A program made the position numbers and the translations under genes. Below, one piece after another: positions 9,519 through 20,395 of a stretch of 64,000 nt of DNA. The number at the start of each line of letters is the position of its first letter. Position 1 is the first letter of the stretch. This DNA comes from Treponemataceae bacterium (GTDB lineage Bacteria > Spirochaetota > Spirochaetia > Treponematales > Rectinemataceae), in NCBI GenBank assembly GCA_963667725.2, contig CAXXHO010000003.1, forward strand, positions 1,024,001 to 1,088,000, given 5' to 3'. The notes under the pieces are model-generated. The model was given only the letters and a program-made list of their open reading frames with translations. It ran no database searches and had not been told where the DNA came from.

Positions 9519-10906
9519 TGAAAGCTCTATTCGGACCCGCAAAATTCTATCGCAGCGCGCTCGTGGTGGTCGTTCCCATCATGATCCAGACCCTCCTGAC
9601 CGGACTTGTCTCCCTTGTTGACAATTTTATGGTGGCCGCCTTAGGCGACTCCAAGATGGCGGGAGTGAATGTATCCAACCAGATCAACTTCATCTATCTC
9701 GTCATCATCAATACGATATGCGCCGCAGGTGGCATTTACCTGTCCCAGCACAGGGGAGCCGGGCATAAGGAAGGGATGCGCCAGGCTTTCAGATTCAAGC
9801 TCATCCTGGCCCTCGGCATTTCCGCCCTGTATACCCTCATTTGCCTGTTCTTTGCGGAACCCCTGATACGGATGATGCTGGGCGGCAATTCGGAAGGGGA
9901 AGAAATCGTCAGGGAGGGCGCGAAATACCTTCGGGCGGTAGCCCCCAGCTTCATACCGATAGGCCTTTCCTCGGCGATGAGCACTTCCTTCCGCGACACG
10001 GGCGTCACAAAGGTGCCGCTCCTGGTCTCTGTCTGCGCGGCCCTCGTCAACACATTCTTCAACTGGGTGCTGATCTATGGCAATCTCGGCGCGGCGAGAC
10101 TGGAAGTAACCGGGGCTGCCATAGCCACGGTAATCGCGCGCGTCGTGGAGGCTCTTGCTTTCGCCGCGATGATTTGGCGTAAGAAGCCGGGGTTCGGATT
10201 CAAGCCTTCGGCGCTGCTCCGTATTGACCGAAGACTCTTCGGGGAAGTGCTTTCGAAATCGGGCATGATGCTTTTCTCGGAAACCGCCTGGGTCGTTTCG
10301 GAGACCATCATCACCGCTCTCTACAACGGGAGAGGCGGGGCCGAGACGGTGGCGGGCATGGCCGCGGGCTGGACCATAGCGAACATCATGTTCCTCGTGT
10401 TCCCGGCAATCCATGCAGCGACGGGCATCATCGTCGGATCCACCCTGGGTTCGGGGAAGCTGGACGAGGCCAGGGAGAAGGCCCGATGGATACAGTCAGG
10501 GTCGGTCATCCTCGGCCTGGCGGCCTGCCTCGTGGCAAGCGCTTCGACCCTTGGCATTCCCCTGGTCTTCGGCAATCTTTCCGAAGAGGCCAAAAAAGTT
10601 ACAATAGGGCTAGTCTTCGTCATCGCCGCCTACCTTCCGCTCTGGTGCCTCCTCAACGCCCAGTTCGCCGTGTCCCGGGCTGGCGGCGACACCCTCATGG
10701 GAGTATGGGTCGACGTGGGCATCAGCTACGCGATATTCATCCCGGCGGCCATCATAATCTCGCGTATCAGCTCCTGGGGGCCTGTCCTTCTTTACGGCGT
10801 GGCGAAACTGTCGGACTTCCCGAAAGCCTTCTTGGCGATGTGGTGGCTGAAAAAGGAACATTGGGTGAAAAACCTCGCGGTTGAAAAAACGGTCGCGCCG
10901 GAGTAG
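9518..10906 (+). CDS. MATE family efflux transporter
   Basis: VDNFMV, about 12 hydrophobic segments, LEVTGAAIATVIAR, RAGGDT. Confidence 0.9.
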   Translation: MKALFGPAKFYRSALVVVVPIMIQTLLTGLVSLVDNFMVAALGDSKMAGVNVSNQINFIYLVIINTICAAGGIYLSQHRGAGHKEGMRQAFRFKLILALGISALYTLICLFFAEPLIRMMLGGNSEGEEIVREGAKYLRAVAPSFIPIGLSSAMSTSFRDTGVTKVPLLVSVCAALVNTFFNWVLIYGNLGAARLEVTGAAIATVIARVVEALAFAAMIWRKKPGFGFKPSALLRIDRRLFGEVLSKSGMMLFSETAWVVSETIITALYNGRGGAETVAGMAAGWTIANIMFLVFPAIHAATGIIVGSTLGSGKLDEAREKARWIQSGSVILGLAACLVASASTLGIPLVFGNLSEEAKKVTIGLVFVIAAYLPLWCLLNAQFAVSRAGGDTLMGVWVDVGISYAIFIPAAIIISRISSWGPVLLYGVAKLSDFPKAFLAMWWLKKEHWVKNLAVEKTVAPE

Positions 10907-10919
10907 TCCATCTCGCTAT

Positions 10920-10976
10920 CCCTGGTGCGCACGAAATGCGCACCAGGGGAAAGTATGGATGCGCAAATATTGCGCT
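10920..10976 (+). promoter_or_regulatory. Tandem enhancer-like (UAS) sites for a sigma54 activator
   Basis: TGCGCA-N5-TGCGCA (10926-10942, inside the 12-bp inverted repeat 10920-10948) and TGCGCA-N5-TGCGCT (10960-10976). Confidence 0.65.
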
Positions 10977-11068
10977 TCTGTGAAAAAAGCGGCGATAATT
11001 GCCTGTAAATAATTTTAAAAACTAAATTATTCTATATATATAATAGAATTATAGTTATAAATATCGAT

Positions 11069-11084
11069 TGGCACGATTCCTGCT
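11069..11084 (+). promoter_or_regulatory. Sigma54 -24/-12 promoter of the efflux operon
   Basis: TGGCACGATTCCTGCT, with exact GG-N10-GC spacing, preceded by an AT-rich tract. Confidence 0.85.
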
Positions 11085-11113
11085 CTAAATATTGCGAGGA
11101 AGGAGAACCCGCA

Positions 11114-12484
11114 ATGAAAAAGAAATGGATAGCAGGAATTATGGCCACGGTTTTAATAGCGAGCGCCGCGATGCTGCTTTTAAGCACCCGAACAGGCGAA
11201 AAAGCAAACGTATCTAAAAGTGATTACGAATTTACCTCGGCATCGAGGGGCACCCTTGAAACCGTAGTGACGAGCTCAGGCACACTGGCGCCTGTCTCGA
11301 GCGTCAGCGTCCTCTCGCAGATGAGCGGCAGAGTCGAGAAAGTTTTCGCGGACTACAATGATACCGTCAAGAAGGGACAGATCCTCGTCACGCTCAACAC
11401 CGACATGCTCGAGCTTGAGCAGAAGGAAGCGCAGGCTGACCTCAACATAGCCCAAGCCAACTACAATCTCGCGGCCCTCGATTATCAGAACAATTCCACG
11501 CTGGCAGCCAAAGGCCTCGTGTCCGAATACGATCTGAAATCAAGCAGGACAACGCTCGATGTGAAGAAGGCAACGCTTAGTTCAGCCCAGTCTGCGCTGA
11601 AGGTCATCGAGACCCAGCTCACCCAGTACGCGCAGATCAAGTCTCCCATAGACGGCATCGTCCTCGAGAAGGACGTCGATGTAGGGCAGAGCGTCGTGGA
11701 AGGGTCGAGTTCCAACGCGACCGCGCTATTCACCCTGGCCGAAGATCTCTCCAAAATGGAGATAAAAGCAGAAGTGGACGAGCTCGACATCGGCTCCATC
11801 AAAGTCGGGCAGGCGGTGCGCTTCACCGTGGAGGCCAATTCCGGAAAGACCTACTCGGGATCGGTGGGGACCATAAGGCTCGTGCCAGAAACGACGGACA
11901 ACGTCGTGAACTATTACGTGATCATAAAAGCCGACAACGCGGACGGCACGCTTCTGCCCGGCATGACGGCCAACGTGGAATTCATAAAGGAAACCAGGGA
12001 GAACGCTCTCCTTGTCCAAAATTCCGCGCTGCGTTACCAGCCGTCCAGCCTCGGCGCTCAGGAAATACAGCGCATGGTCTACGCGGCCGGCCTCGCGGAT
12101 CTCTCCGAAGACGCGAAAAAGGCCGCGCTCGCCGAATACGACGCCGCGCTGAAGGCCACCGACCTCGCCAAGAATGCAAGCTCAACCACGACGAGCGGTC
12201 TCTCCAGCATACTGGCAGGCGGCGGTCAGGGTGGCCCCGGCGGTCCCGGTGGATTCGGAAACAAGAAAACGGCAGCTACGGGGACGGAGTCAGCGTCGGA
12301 CGCGGCCGCCTCGGCGACGGCGGATTCAACCGTGGCGAAAAAAGCGCTCTGGTATTTGGACAGCCAGGGGAAACTCGCCGTGAGAATGGTGGGCGTAGGG
12401 TCGACCGATGGCGCGCGTACGGAAATAATCGGCGCCGACGATCTGGAAGGGATGAAGATCATCCTTCGCGAAAAGGCGGAGTAG
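11114..12484 (+). CDS. Efflux periplasmic adaptor (MacA-like)
   Basis: N-terminal TM, SGRVEKVFADYND.VKKGQIL, IKSPIDGIV, LLPGMTANV. Confidence 0.92.
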   Translation: MKKKWIAGIMATVLIASAAMLLLSTRTGEKANVSKSDYEFTSASRGTLETVVTSSGTLAPVSSVSVLSQMSGRVEKVFADYNDTVKKGQILVTLNTDMLELEQKEAQADLNIAQANYNLAALDYQNNSTLAAKGLVSEYDLKSSRTTLDVKKATLSSAQSALKVIETQLTQYAQIKSPIDGIVLEKDVDVGQSVVEGSSSNATALFTLAEDLSKMEIKAEVDELDIGSIKVGQAVRFTVEANSGKTYSGSVGTIRLVPETTDNVVNYYVIIKADNADGTLLPGMTANVEFIKETRENALLVQNSALRYQPSSLGAQEIQRMVYAAGLADLSEDAKKAALAEYDAALKATDLAKNASSTTTSGLSSILAGGGQGGPGGPGGFGNKKTAATGTESASDAAASATADSTVAKKALWYLDSQGKLAVRMVGVGSTDGARTEIIGADDLEGMKIILREKAE

Positions 12485-12488
12485 GCAT

Positions 12489-13229
12489 ATGGCAATCATC
12501 GAGCTGCGCGGCATCCAACGCCGCTACGAGTTGGGCGACATAACCGTAAAGGCTATCAGAGGCCTGGACCTGGACGTCGATTCGGGCGAGTTCGTCTCCA
12601 TCATGGGACCTTCGGGCTCGGGAAAATCGACGCTCATGAACATACTCGGCTGCCTGGACAAACCCACGGCGGGAAGCTACTTCCTCGACGGTGAGGATAT
12701 CGCCGCGGCAGACGATACTACCTTCGCGGATATACGCAACAGAAAGATAGGTTTCGTGTTCCAGGGCTTCAATCTTCTCGCCAGGACCACGGCGCTGGAG
12801 AATGTCCAGCTGCCCCTCCTTTATAGGCGCGGCGGTCTCGACGGCGATCCCGCCAAGAGAGGCGTGGAAGTGCTCGAAGCCGTGGGACTGGGCTCCAGGC
12901 TTCACCACCTGCCTTCCCAGCTTTCGGGCGGACAGCAGCAGAGGGTGGCCATAGCGCGGGCGATGATCAATAACCCGGCCTTCGTGCTGGCCGATGAGCC
13001 CACGGGCAATCTGGATTCGGAGATGACGCTCGAAGTCATGTCGCTGTTCCAGGAGCTGAACGCCAAGGGAATAACGATCGTGATGGTGACGCATGAGCCC
13101 GAAGTGGCGGCTTATACGAACAGAATCATCACCATGAGGGACGGCGCCATCATTTCCGACACTGCCGTGGAAAAGCCAGGGAACGCGGCGGCCGACCTGG
13201 CGGCTAAAAGAACAAGGGGGGCGGCATGA
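12489..13229 (+). CDS. ABC ATP-binding protein (MacB/LolD-type)
   Basis: [30 protein letters not shown]. Confidence 0.95.
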   Translation: MAIIELRGIQRRYELGDITVKAIRGLDLDVDSGEFVSIMGPSGSGKSTLMNILGCLDKPTAGSYFLDGEDIAAADDTTFADIRNRKIGFVFQGFNLLARTTALENVQLPLLYRRGGLDGDPAKRGVEVLEAVGLGSRLHHLPSQLSGGQQQRVAIARAMINNPAFVLADEPTGNLDSEMTLEVMSLFQELNAKGITIVMVTHEPEVAAYTNRIITMRDGAIISDTAVEKPGNAAADLAAKRTRGAA

Positions 13230-14422
13230 GCATAGGAAAACTACTTTCTCTTTCAACGAGGAGCATCCTCAGGAACAGGATGCGGAGCCTGCTCACCTCG
13301 CTGGGAATCATCATCGGCGTCTGCTCGGTGATCGTGATGGTCGCGGTGGGCCAGGGATCCCAGGCTCAGATAGCCAAGAACATAGCGTCGATGGGCACCA
13401 ACCTCCTGATGGTGATGCCGCCCCGCGGTCCCCGCGAAGCCAACAGAATCAGCGAGAGCGATATCGAGAAAATAATGGCCGAAGCGAGCTATATCTCAGC
13501 GATCTCCGGTTCGGTGCAGAGCAACGACACCGAAGTGGTAGGAGGCTCAGGCAACTGGCCCACCACAGTCAGGGGCGTGCAGACCGGATATACGACCATT
13601 AAGCAGTGGACCATGGCGCAAGGCGAGTTCTTCACCGAAAGCGACGAAACATCCAGGAACAAGGTGGCCGTCATCGGCAGCACGGTGGCCAATGAGCTTT
13701 TCGCCGACACGGACCCGGTGGGACAGAGGCTGAGGATAGGGTCCACGATCTTCACGGTGATAGGCGTTCTCAATTCCAAAGGGAGCAGCGGCATGGGTGA
13801 GGACCAGGACGATGTCGTGATGGTGCCGCTCTCCGCGGCGCTGGCGCGGCTCCAGAAGAGCAAGTACCTGAATTCCATAGAGATGAGCGTGACCCGCGAG
13901 GATCTCATGGACGCCGCGCAGGCCGAGGTCACGACGATACTGCGCGAAGCCCACAGGCTTGGGCAGAACGATGAAGCCGATTTCGACGTGATGAACCAGG
14001 CCGAGATCATCGCCACGGCCTCGGCGAGTTCCGCCACGCTCACGACCCTGCTTGCCGTCATCGCCGGAGTATCACTGATCGTCGGCGGTATCGGCATCAT
14101 GAACATCATGCTCGTCTCGGTGACCGAGCGGACAAGGGAAATCGGCATACGCATGGCGGTCGGCGCGCGAAGCAAGGACATCCTCCTGCAGTTTCTGTCG
14201 GAGTCGATACTGCTGAGCCTCTGCGGCGGCGTCATAGGCATCGCTCTCGCCTTCATCATCGTGAAGCTGCTCGGAAGCCTCGCCCAGATACCGGCCATCA
14301 TCAATCCGCTTGTCGTGGCCATTTCGGCAGGCTTTGCCGCCGTCGTGGGCGTTTTCTTCGGCTATTATCCGGCGAGGAAAGCGTCGCGGCTCTATCCCAT
14401 CGAAGCGCTTCGCTATGAATGA
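13226..14422 (+). CDS. ABC permease (MacB-type)
   Basis: RSLLTSLGIIIGV, GIMNIMLVSVTERTREIGIRMAVGA, PIEALRYE. Confidence 0.95.
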   Translation: MSIGKLLSLSTRSILRNRMRSLLTSLGIIIGVCSVIVMVAVGQGSQAQIAKNIASMGTNLLMVMPPRGPREANRISESDIEKIMAEASYISAISGSVQSNDTEVVGGSGNWPTTVRGVQTGYTTIKQWTMAQGEFFTESDETSRNKVAVIGSTVANELFADTDPVGQRLRIGSTIFTVIGVLNSKGSSGMGEDQDDVVMVPLSAALARLQKSKYLNSIEMSVTREDLMDAAQAEVTTILREAHRLGQNDEADFDVMNQAEIIATASASSATLTTLLAVIAGVSLIVGGIGIMNIMLVSVTERTREIGIRMAVGARSKDILLQFLSESILLSLCGGVIGIALAFIIVKLLGSLAQIPAIINPLVVAISAGFAAVVGVFFGYYPARKASRLYPIEALRYE

Positions 14423-14435
14423 CAAGGAGAAAAAC

Positions 14436-15770
14436 ATGAAATCCAAAGGTGCGATAATTTTTCTGGTTCTATGTATGCTCGGGGGAATGAACCTCTGGGC
14501 GGGAGAGGCCGCGAGCCAAGGCCTGAGCCTCGAAAAGGCGAGACAGCTCGCTCTCGCGAAATCCAACACGATACAGCAGGCTCTCCTCAGCGTGGATTCA
14601 AGCCTCCTGGCCGAAAAGGCCCAGCGCTACGAGCTTCTTCCCCAGGCTGCGTTGGGCCTGAGCGGCGGAATCACTTATCCCGCCGGCAGTACATCGACCG
14701 TAGCCGACTCGGCGACGGTCACGGCTTCCTTCTCCCTGTCGCAGACCATCTACGACGGGGGCGAGAACGCCATTCTTCTGGCGATCGACAAGCTCGCCAC
14801 CGAGAGCGCGAGGAAAGAAGCCAGAACAGCCTATCTCGATGCGCTCGAGTCCACCGATTCGGCCTACTACGCCGTGCTGGAGGCTCAGGCTGTCGTAGAG
14901 GCGGCCGAGAGCGACCTTTCGGCCTCCAAGGCTCACCAGGCCATAGCGCAGGCCAAATTCGACTCAGGCATAGTCATAAAGGCCCTGGTGATGGAAGCCC
15001 AGGCTGAGACGGCATCGAAGGAAACGGCGCTGAGCCAGGCGCGAAGGACCTTGGCCGTGGCCAAGGCGAAACTGAAGTCGGTCACCGGCTCCACGCTGGC
15101 GCCGGAAGCCGTCGATTTTTCTCGATACGATACGCTGATGGAGACCCTCATGTCCTTCGACGATTCGTCGACCGATGCTTTCATCGCGAAACTGCAGGCT
15201 TCCGCCCTCGCGAACAATCCGGCGCTGGCGGTGTCTTCGCTGGCATTGAGCCAGGCGGAGAAGGAAGTAGAGGCTGCCAAGACAGGGTATCTGCCCTCCG
15301 TTACCGCTGGATGGACCCATGCGGCCTCATATGAGGCCGCGGGCCTGGATTTGGCCTCGAAGGGAAGCCTAAGCCTGTCCGTCTCGATCCCCCTGGATGG
15401 GTATGTCACGAAGAATACGGTTCAGGCCAAGACGATAGAGGCCAGGAAGACAGCGCTCACTCTGAACTCCGATATTGAAGACTTGAGCCTCAGCATCCAG
15501 AGCGCCGCCTACGACCTCATCTCTGCGGCGCGTTCGGTATTCTCTTCACGGAAAGCGCTTGAGTACGCGGAAAGCAACTACGAGGTTGAGCTGGAATTGT
15601 TCAGGCTGTCCAAGGCTTCTTCCTCCGATTTATCGGACGCCGAGCTGCTCGTGAGCAGCAATCGCTCCTCGCTCATCTCGGCGCGCTACACCTTCCTCAA
15701 TGGGCTGACCTCGCTCAGGAATCTGGCCGGCCTGGACAGCGAAGCACTTCTTCTATCGCTTATGCAATGA
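14436..15770 (+). CDS. TolC-family outer membrane efflux protein
   Basis: Start at ATG 14436 after AGGAG; signal peptide; two helical OEP-like repeats; operon context. Confidence 0.85.
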   Translation: MKSKGAIIFLVLCMLGGMNLWAGEAASQGLSLEKARQLALAKSNTIQQALLSVDSSLLAEKAQRYELLPQAALGLSGGITYPAGSTSTVADSATVTASFSLSQTIYDGGENAILLAIDKLATESARKEARTAYLDALESTDSAYYAVLEAQAVVEAAESDLSASKAHQAIAQAKFDSGIVIKALVMEAQAETASKETALSQARRTLAVAKAKLKSVTGSTLAPEAVDFSRYDTLMETLMSFDDSSTDAFIAKLQASALANNPALAVSSLALSQAEKEVEAAKTGYLPSVTAGWTHAASYEAAGLDLASKGSLSLSVSIPLDGYVTKNTVQAKTIEARKTALTLNSDIEDLSLSIQSAAYDLISAARSVFSSRKALEYAESNYEVELELFRLSKASSSDLSDAELLVSSNRSSLISARYTFLNGLTSLRNLAGLDSEALLLSLMQ

Positions 15771-15807
15771 TATTCTCAGCCATAGGGCGGAAAGCCTGGA
15801 GGTTTTC

Positions 15808-17094
15808 GTGAAAGGGCATAAGGCGTCGGCCGCGATCGCCGTTCTGGTATTTATCATTCTCACCCTCGCGAACGGGATGATATTCAGGGGCCAGAGTCTC
15901 CTCTATCGTCTCGAGAGCCGGAACGAAGCCGAGCAGACCTTGAACGCCCTTTTCACGAGCCAGAAGGTGTATGACGATTTCGGGTCGGCCATCGAGCAGA
16001 ACGCGACCCTGATGGATCGCGTTCTCGGACTTGGGCTTTACGACGTCCATGGGGAGGGGCTCTACTCCTGGGGCGAGGTGCCGGCGACGTACAGCGCGGC
16101 CGGATTGCCCGCCAAGGACGAGGGCAATCAGGTGCGCCTCTACAGCGAGAACGAAAAGAACCATTCACTCGTGCTTATCTTGAGACCTACGCGCATGATC
16201 CCTCCGCCGCATCCACGCGCGGAAGACCTTGATTATATAGCGGAGGACGATTTTCCCAAGCCGCGTTCCCTCATGCTGGAACTGCTGCGCGACAGCGACG
16301 TCGTCTTCCTGGAGCTGCGCCAGCCCGAACTGTGGCGGAATACTTATCTCATGAGAATCCTTTTCCCCATCGTCGAAATCATCCTGGCCGGCCTCGTCTT
16401 TTTCATCCGGCTTCTCGTGGTTCGAAACCGCGAGTTCCTCGACAGGCTGGAGAAGCAGAAAAGCCTCGTCGTCCTCGGCACGGCCGCGAGTACCCTGGCT
16501 CACGAAATCAAGAATCCTCTGCTCGCCATAAGGCTCCAGACCAGCATCCTGGAAAAGACGCTTCCCGAAGAATCCAAGACTGAAGTGAGCATCATCAATA
16601 CCGAAGTGGAAAGGCTCTCTCGGCTCACCACGAGGGTAAACGACTATCTGCGTGACCCCAAGGGCTTTCCAAGCCTCCTCGACCCTGCCGAAATTGCTTC
16701 CGAAGCGGGCCTGCGGCTCTGCGGGCGATCCCTCGTCGAGGCCGGAACCTCAGACCTGAGAATCCTGATGGATCCGGAGCGTTACCGTTCGATCCTCGAA
16801 AACCTTCTGAGGAACGCCATCGAAAGCGGCGGGAATCCGGAAGAAATCAGGATAGCCATGGAAGCTCAGAACGGAAAAGTGAACATCGAGGTACTGGACA
16901 GGGGGAAGGGGATATCCCCTGCGGATAAGGTACGCGTCTTCGATCCCTTCTTCACCACGAAAAGCCAGGGAACAGGGATCGGATTGGCCATATGCGTACG
17001 ATTCGCGAAAGAAGCGGGCGGCGCGATCAGCCTCGAACGGCGCGAAGGCGGCGGAACCTGCGCCAGGCTTAGCTTGCCGGAGGCGGTCGCATGA
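15808..17094 (+). CDS. Sensor histidine kinase
   Basis: 2 TM, LAHEIKNPL, NLLRNA, DRGKG, PFFTTK.GTGIGL. Confidence 0.95.
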   Translation: MKGHKASAAIAVLVFIILTLANGMIFRGQSLLYRLESRNEAEQTLNALFTSQKVYDDFGSAIEQNATLMDRVLGLGLYDVHGEGLYSWGEVPATYSAAGLPAKDEGNQVRLYSENEKNHSLVLILRPTRMIPPPHPRAEDLDYIAEDDFPKPRSLMLELLRDSDVVFLELRQPELWRNTYLMRILFPIVEIILAGLVFFIRLLVVRNREFLDRLEKQKSLVVLGTAASTLAHEIKNPLLAIRLQTSILEKTLPEESKTEVSIINTEVERLSRLTTRVNDYLRDPKGFPSLLDPAEIASEAGLRLCGRSLVEAGTSDLRILMDPERYRSILENLLRNAIESGGNPEEIRIAMEAQNGKVNIEVLDRGKGISPADKVRVFDPFFTTKSQGTGIGLAICVRFAKEAGGAISLERREGGGTCARLSLPEAVA

Positions 17095-18494
17095 TGAAAG
17101 TGCTGGTCGTGGACGACGAAAAAAACATACGCGACTCGATCCAGAAGCTTTTTGGCCTGGAAGGCATGAGCGTCACGACGGCTTCGGACGGCATAGAGGG
17201 CAAGGAAGCCCTCATAGGCCAGAACTTCGACGCCATAATACTGGATCTACGCATGCCGAGAATGGGCGGCCAGGCTCTCCTGGAGTGGATCGTCTCCGAA
17301 GGAATTCGTTCGCCGGTTATCATGATTTCTGCCCTGGGCGAGATTTCGGATGCCGTGAGGGCTCTCAAGTCGGGCGCGGAGGATTATCTCCTGAAACCCT
17401 TCGACCCGGAAGAACTTATCCGCAAAGTAAGGAACGCGGCGCTCAACAGAAAGCGCGACGACGCGCTGGAGGCCCACTCGAGGACGGCGGGCGCCCCTTC
17501 GAGGCTCATCGGAGAATCGCCTTCGATACGTTCGCTCAGGTCAGTCATCGAGCGGGTGGCGGCGACGGACAGCACCGTCCTCATTACGGGAGAGAGCGGG
17601 ACGGGCAAGGAAGTCGTCGCCAGGGAGATCCACGGCGCTTCTACGGGGGCGGGGGAGCCTTTCGTGGCGGTGAACATCGGCGGCATGCACGCCGAACTCG
17701 TGGAGAGCGAGCTTTTCGGCCACGAAAAGGGGGCTTTCACCGGCGCCGACGCCAGAAAGCCCGGACTCTTCGAACTGGCTGGGGCCGGCACCATTTTCCT
17801 CGACGAGATCGGCGACATGCCCCTCCCGCTTCAGGTAAAGCTGCTGCGGGTGCTTCAGGAGCGCAGGATCAGGAGGCTGGGCGGGACGCGGGACCTTCCC
17901 GTGGCCGCCAGGATACTCTCCGCCACTAACAAGAATATCGACGATCTCGTCGCCGAAGGCCGTTTCCGCGAAGATCTGTATTACCGCCTGAACGTGGTGA
18001 GAATCCGGATTCCCCCATTGAGGGAAAGAAAGGAAGACATTCCCCTTATCGCGCGCCATGTTCTCCAGAAGCTCTGCGACCGCATGGGGAAGGCCCCGAA
18101 AACGCTCGGCGCCGCGGCGATGGAGCGGCTCTCCGCCTACGAATTCCCCGGGAATATCCGGGAGCTGGAGAACGTCCTTGAAAGGGCCATGATCTATTGC
18201 GAGAACAGCCTCATAGAGGTGGCCGACCTGGACTTTGCCCTTCCGAATCAGGATCGTCCCGCGATAGCGAGTCCCCGGTCGGGCGCCTCCGAAACCGCTG
18301 GGATTTCGCGCGGTCAGGTAGAATCCATCGGAAAGGCGGCAGCCACAGAATCGATGGACGACATCGAGCGTGACGCCATCGCTCAGGCGCTTAAGCATTG
18401 CGCGGGCAACCGCAGTAAGGCCGCCGAGATGCTCGGCATAAGCAGGCGGAGCATTCAGTACAAAATCAAACGCTATGGCTTAGGCAGTTCATAA
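17091..18494 (+). CDS. Sigma54-dependent response regulator
   Basis: Receiver domain, GESGTGKE, GAFTGA, HTH; overlaps the kinase stop. Confidence 0.95.
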   Translation: MMKVLVVDDEKNIRDSIQKLFGLEGMSVTTASDGIEGKEALIGQNFDAIILDLRMPRMGGQALLEWIVSEGIRSPVIMISALGEISDAVRALKSGAEDYLLKPFDPEELIRKVRNAALNRKRDDALEAHSRTAGAPSRLIGESPSIRSLRSVIERVAATDSTVLITGESGTGKEVVAREIHGASTGAGEPFVAVNIGGMHAELVESELFGHEKGAFTGADARKPGLFELAGAGTIFLDEIGDMPLPLQVKLLRVLQERRIRRLGGTRDLPVAARILSATNKNIDDLVAEGRFREDLYYRLNVVRIRIPPLRERKEDIPLIARHVLQKLCDRMGKAPKTLGAAAMERLSAYEFPGNIRELENVLERAMIYCENSLIEVADLDFALPNQDRPAIASPRSGASETAGISRGQVESIGKAAATESMDDIERDAIAQALKHCAGNRSKAAEMLGISRRSIQYKIKRYGLGSS

Positions 18495-18629
18495 GCTTCG
18501 CCTGATTCCGCGAAAGTCAATATTCACAATGCTCCATCCTCATTTTTGCCGCGTTTTCCCTTGACAGAAAGGGAGCGCCCGTCCCATCATTGGGTCAATC
18601 ACGAATTTTTTTTAAAAAGGGAGGAGTGA

Positions 18630-20315
18630 ATGAAAAAATTGTTAGCAGTCTTCATTTTATTGACCGCTGGCCTATCCATTGCCTTTGCGCAGACGCCTGT
18701 AAATCTCTATGGCCGAGGCGCCCAGGGCAAGAACGGCGTGGTCGCCGCCGCTAAGCCTGAGGCTTCGCAGGTTGGCGTCGATATTCTCAAGAAGGGCGGA
18801 AACGCAGTGGATGCCGCCATCGCCACGGCATTCGCGCTCCATGTCCTGGAACCCAACGCTTCCGGCGTAGGCGGCGGCGGATTCATGATCATCAAGATGG
18901 CCAACATGGACAAGGCCGTCGTCGTAGACTTCCGCGAGTGCGCCCCGGGCGCCTCCACCCCGACGATGTATCTCGGAAAGGACGGCAAGGTCGTTCCCGG
19001 CTCCACCTTCGAGGGCGGACTTTCCGTCGGCGTGCCTGGCGAAGTGAAGGGGCTTCTCTATGCCTTCGATCATTTCGGTTCAGGCAATCTCTCCCGCATG
19101 GATCTCGTGCAGCCGGCCATCGGCTGGGCGCTGAAGGGCGTGCCCGTCACGGTCAACCTCGCCCAGATCATCAATGACAACTACAAGAAGCTCGTGCAGT
19201 ACGAGGAAGGCGCGAAAATCTATCTCAATGAAGGGCTTCCCTATGAAGTAGGCGAGACCTTCACGAACCTGGATTACGCGAACACCCTCGCGAAGATCGG
19301 AATTTATGGCGAAGACGCGATTTACAAGGGAGAAATCGCCGAAGCCATGGTCGCCGAGGTACAGAAACGCGGCGGTATCCTGACCATGGAAGATTTGGCG
19401 AACTATGAAGTGAAGATCCGTGAACCGGTCGTGGGCAGCTATCGCGGCTACAAGATACTCTCCGTGCCTCCCGCTTCTTCTGGCGGAACTCATCTTGTGC
19501 AGATGCTCAACATAATGGAAAATTTCGACGTAGCCAAATCGGTCCAAGGCAGCGCAGCCAACGCCCACCTCTGGGCCGAGACGCTCAAGATGACCTTCGC
19601 CGACCGTTCCAAGTACATGGCCGACACCGATTTCGTCAAGGTTCCGCTGGCGGGCCTCACTTCAAAAGAATACGCGAAAACCCTCGCGGCAAAAATCGAC
19701 GTTAAGAAACCGATGGCATCGGCCACCGCAGGCGATCCCTCGAAGTACGAATCAGGTTCCACCACCAGCCTTTCCGTCATGGACAAGGAAGGCAACATGG
19801 TGAACATCACCAAGACGATCAACTACTTCTTCGGTTCCGGCGTCGTCGTCCCCGGCACGGGCATCATCATGAACGACGAGATGGACGATTTCGTGCCGAC
19901 CCCCGGTTCAGCCAACTCCGTCGAACCCGGAAAGCGCCCCCTCTCCAGTATCAGCCCGACCCTCGTCCTCGATCCCAAGGGCAGATCCTTCATGACGCTC
20001 GGCTCTCCAGGCGCGACACGCATTTTCCCGACGGTAGCCCAGGTCATCTCCAACGTCATCGATTTCGGCATGCCCATACAGGAAGCCATTATCGCCCCCA
20101 GGGTCTTCCAGATGGCCTCAGGCGCCCTCAATCTCGAAGGACGCTATTCTATCAACACCTATGAAGCGCTCAAGAAACAGGGCCATACGGTTACGATCCG
20201 CGGCGATTGGGACGCCTATTTCGGCGGCGTGCACGCCGTTCTTTATGATTACAGCGCGGGCATCCTCTACGGCGGCGCCGATCCCCGGCGCGATGGACAG
20301 GCCGCGGCGTTCTAA
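18630..20315 (+). CDS. ggt: Gamma-glutamyltransferase (secreted), copy 1
   Basis: Signal peptide, GGNAVDAA, DFRE.AP, STTSLSVMD, TIN..FGS, NDEMDDF, PGKRPLSS, ADPRRDG. Confidence 0.95.
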   Translation: MKKLLAVFILLTAGLSIAFAQTPVNLYGRGAQGKNGVVAAAKPEASQVGVDILKKGGNAVDAAIATAFALHVLEPNASGVGGGGFMIIKMANMDKAVVVDFRECAPGASTPTMYLGKDGKVVPGSTFEGGLSVGVPGEVKGLLYAFDHFGSGNLSRMDLVQPAIGWALKGVPVTVNLAQIINDNYKKLVQYEEGAKIYLNEGLPYEVGETFTNLDYANTLAKIGIYGEDAIYKGEIAEAMVAEVQKRGGILTMEDLANYEVKIREPVVGSYRGYKILSVPPASSGGTHLVQMLNIMENFDVAKSVQGSAANAHLWAETLKMTFADRSKYMADTDFVKVPLAGLTSKEYAKTLAAKIDVKKPMASATAGDPSKYESGSTTSLSVMDKEGNMVNITKTINYFFGSGVVVPGTGIIMNDEMDDFVPTPGSANSVEPGKRPLSSISPTLVLDPKGRSFMTLGSPGATRIFPTVAQVISNVIDFGMPIQEAIIAPRVFQMASGALNLEGRYSINTYEALKKQGHTVTIRGDWDAYFGGVHAVLYDYSAGILYGGADPRRDGQAAAF

Positions 20316-20344
20316 GCCGAATCTTCAGTAACAATGTTTTCTAG

Positions 20345-20372
20345 TGGGTGCCGCTGATATCGGCGGCACCCA
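20345..20372 (+). other. Intercistronic GC stem-loop between ggt and permease
   Basis: TGGGTGCCGCTG-ATAT-CGGCGGCACCCA. Confidence 0.7.
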
Positions 20373-20395
20373 TCTTCATAGATAGGGGGAATGGT

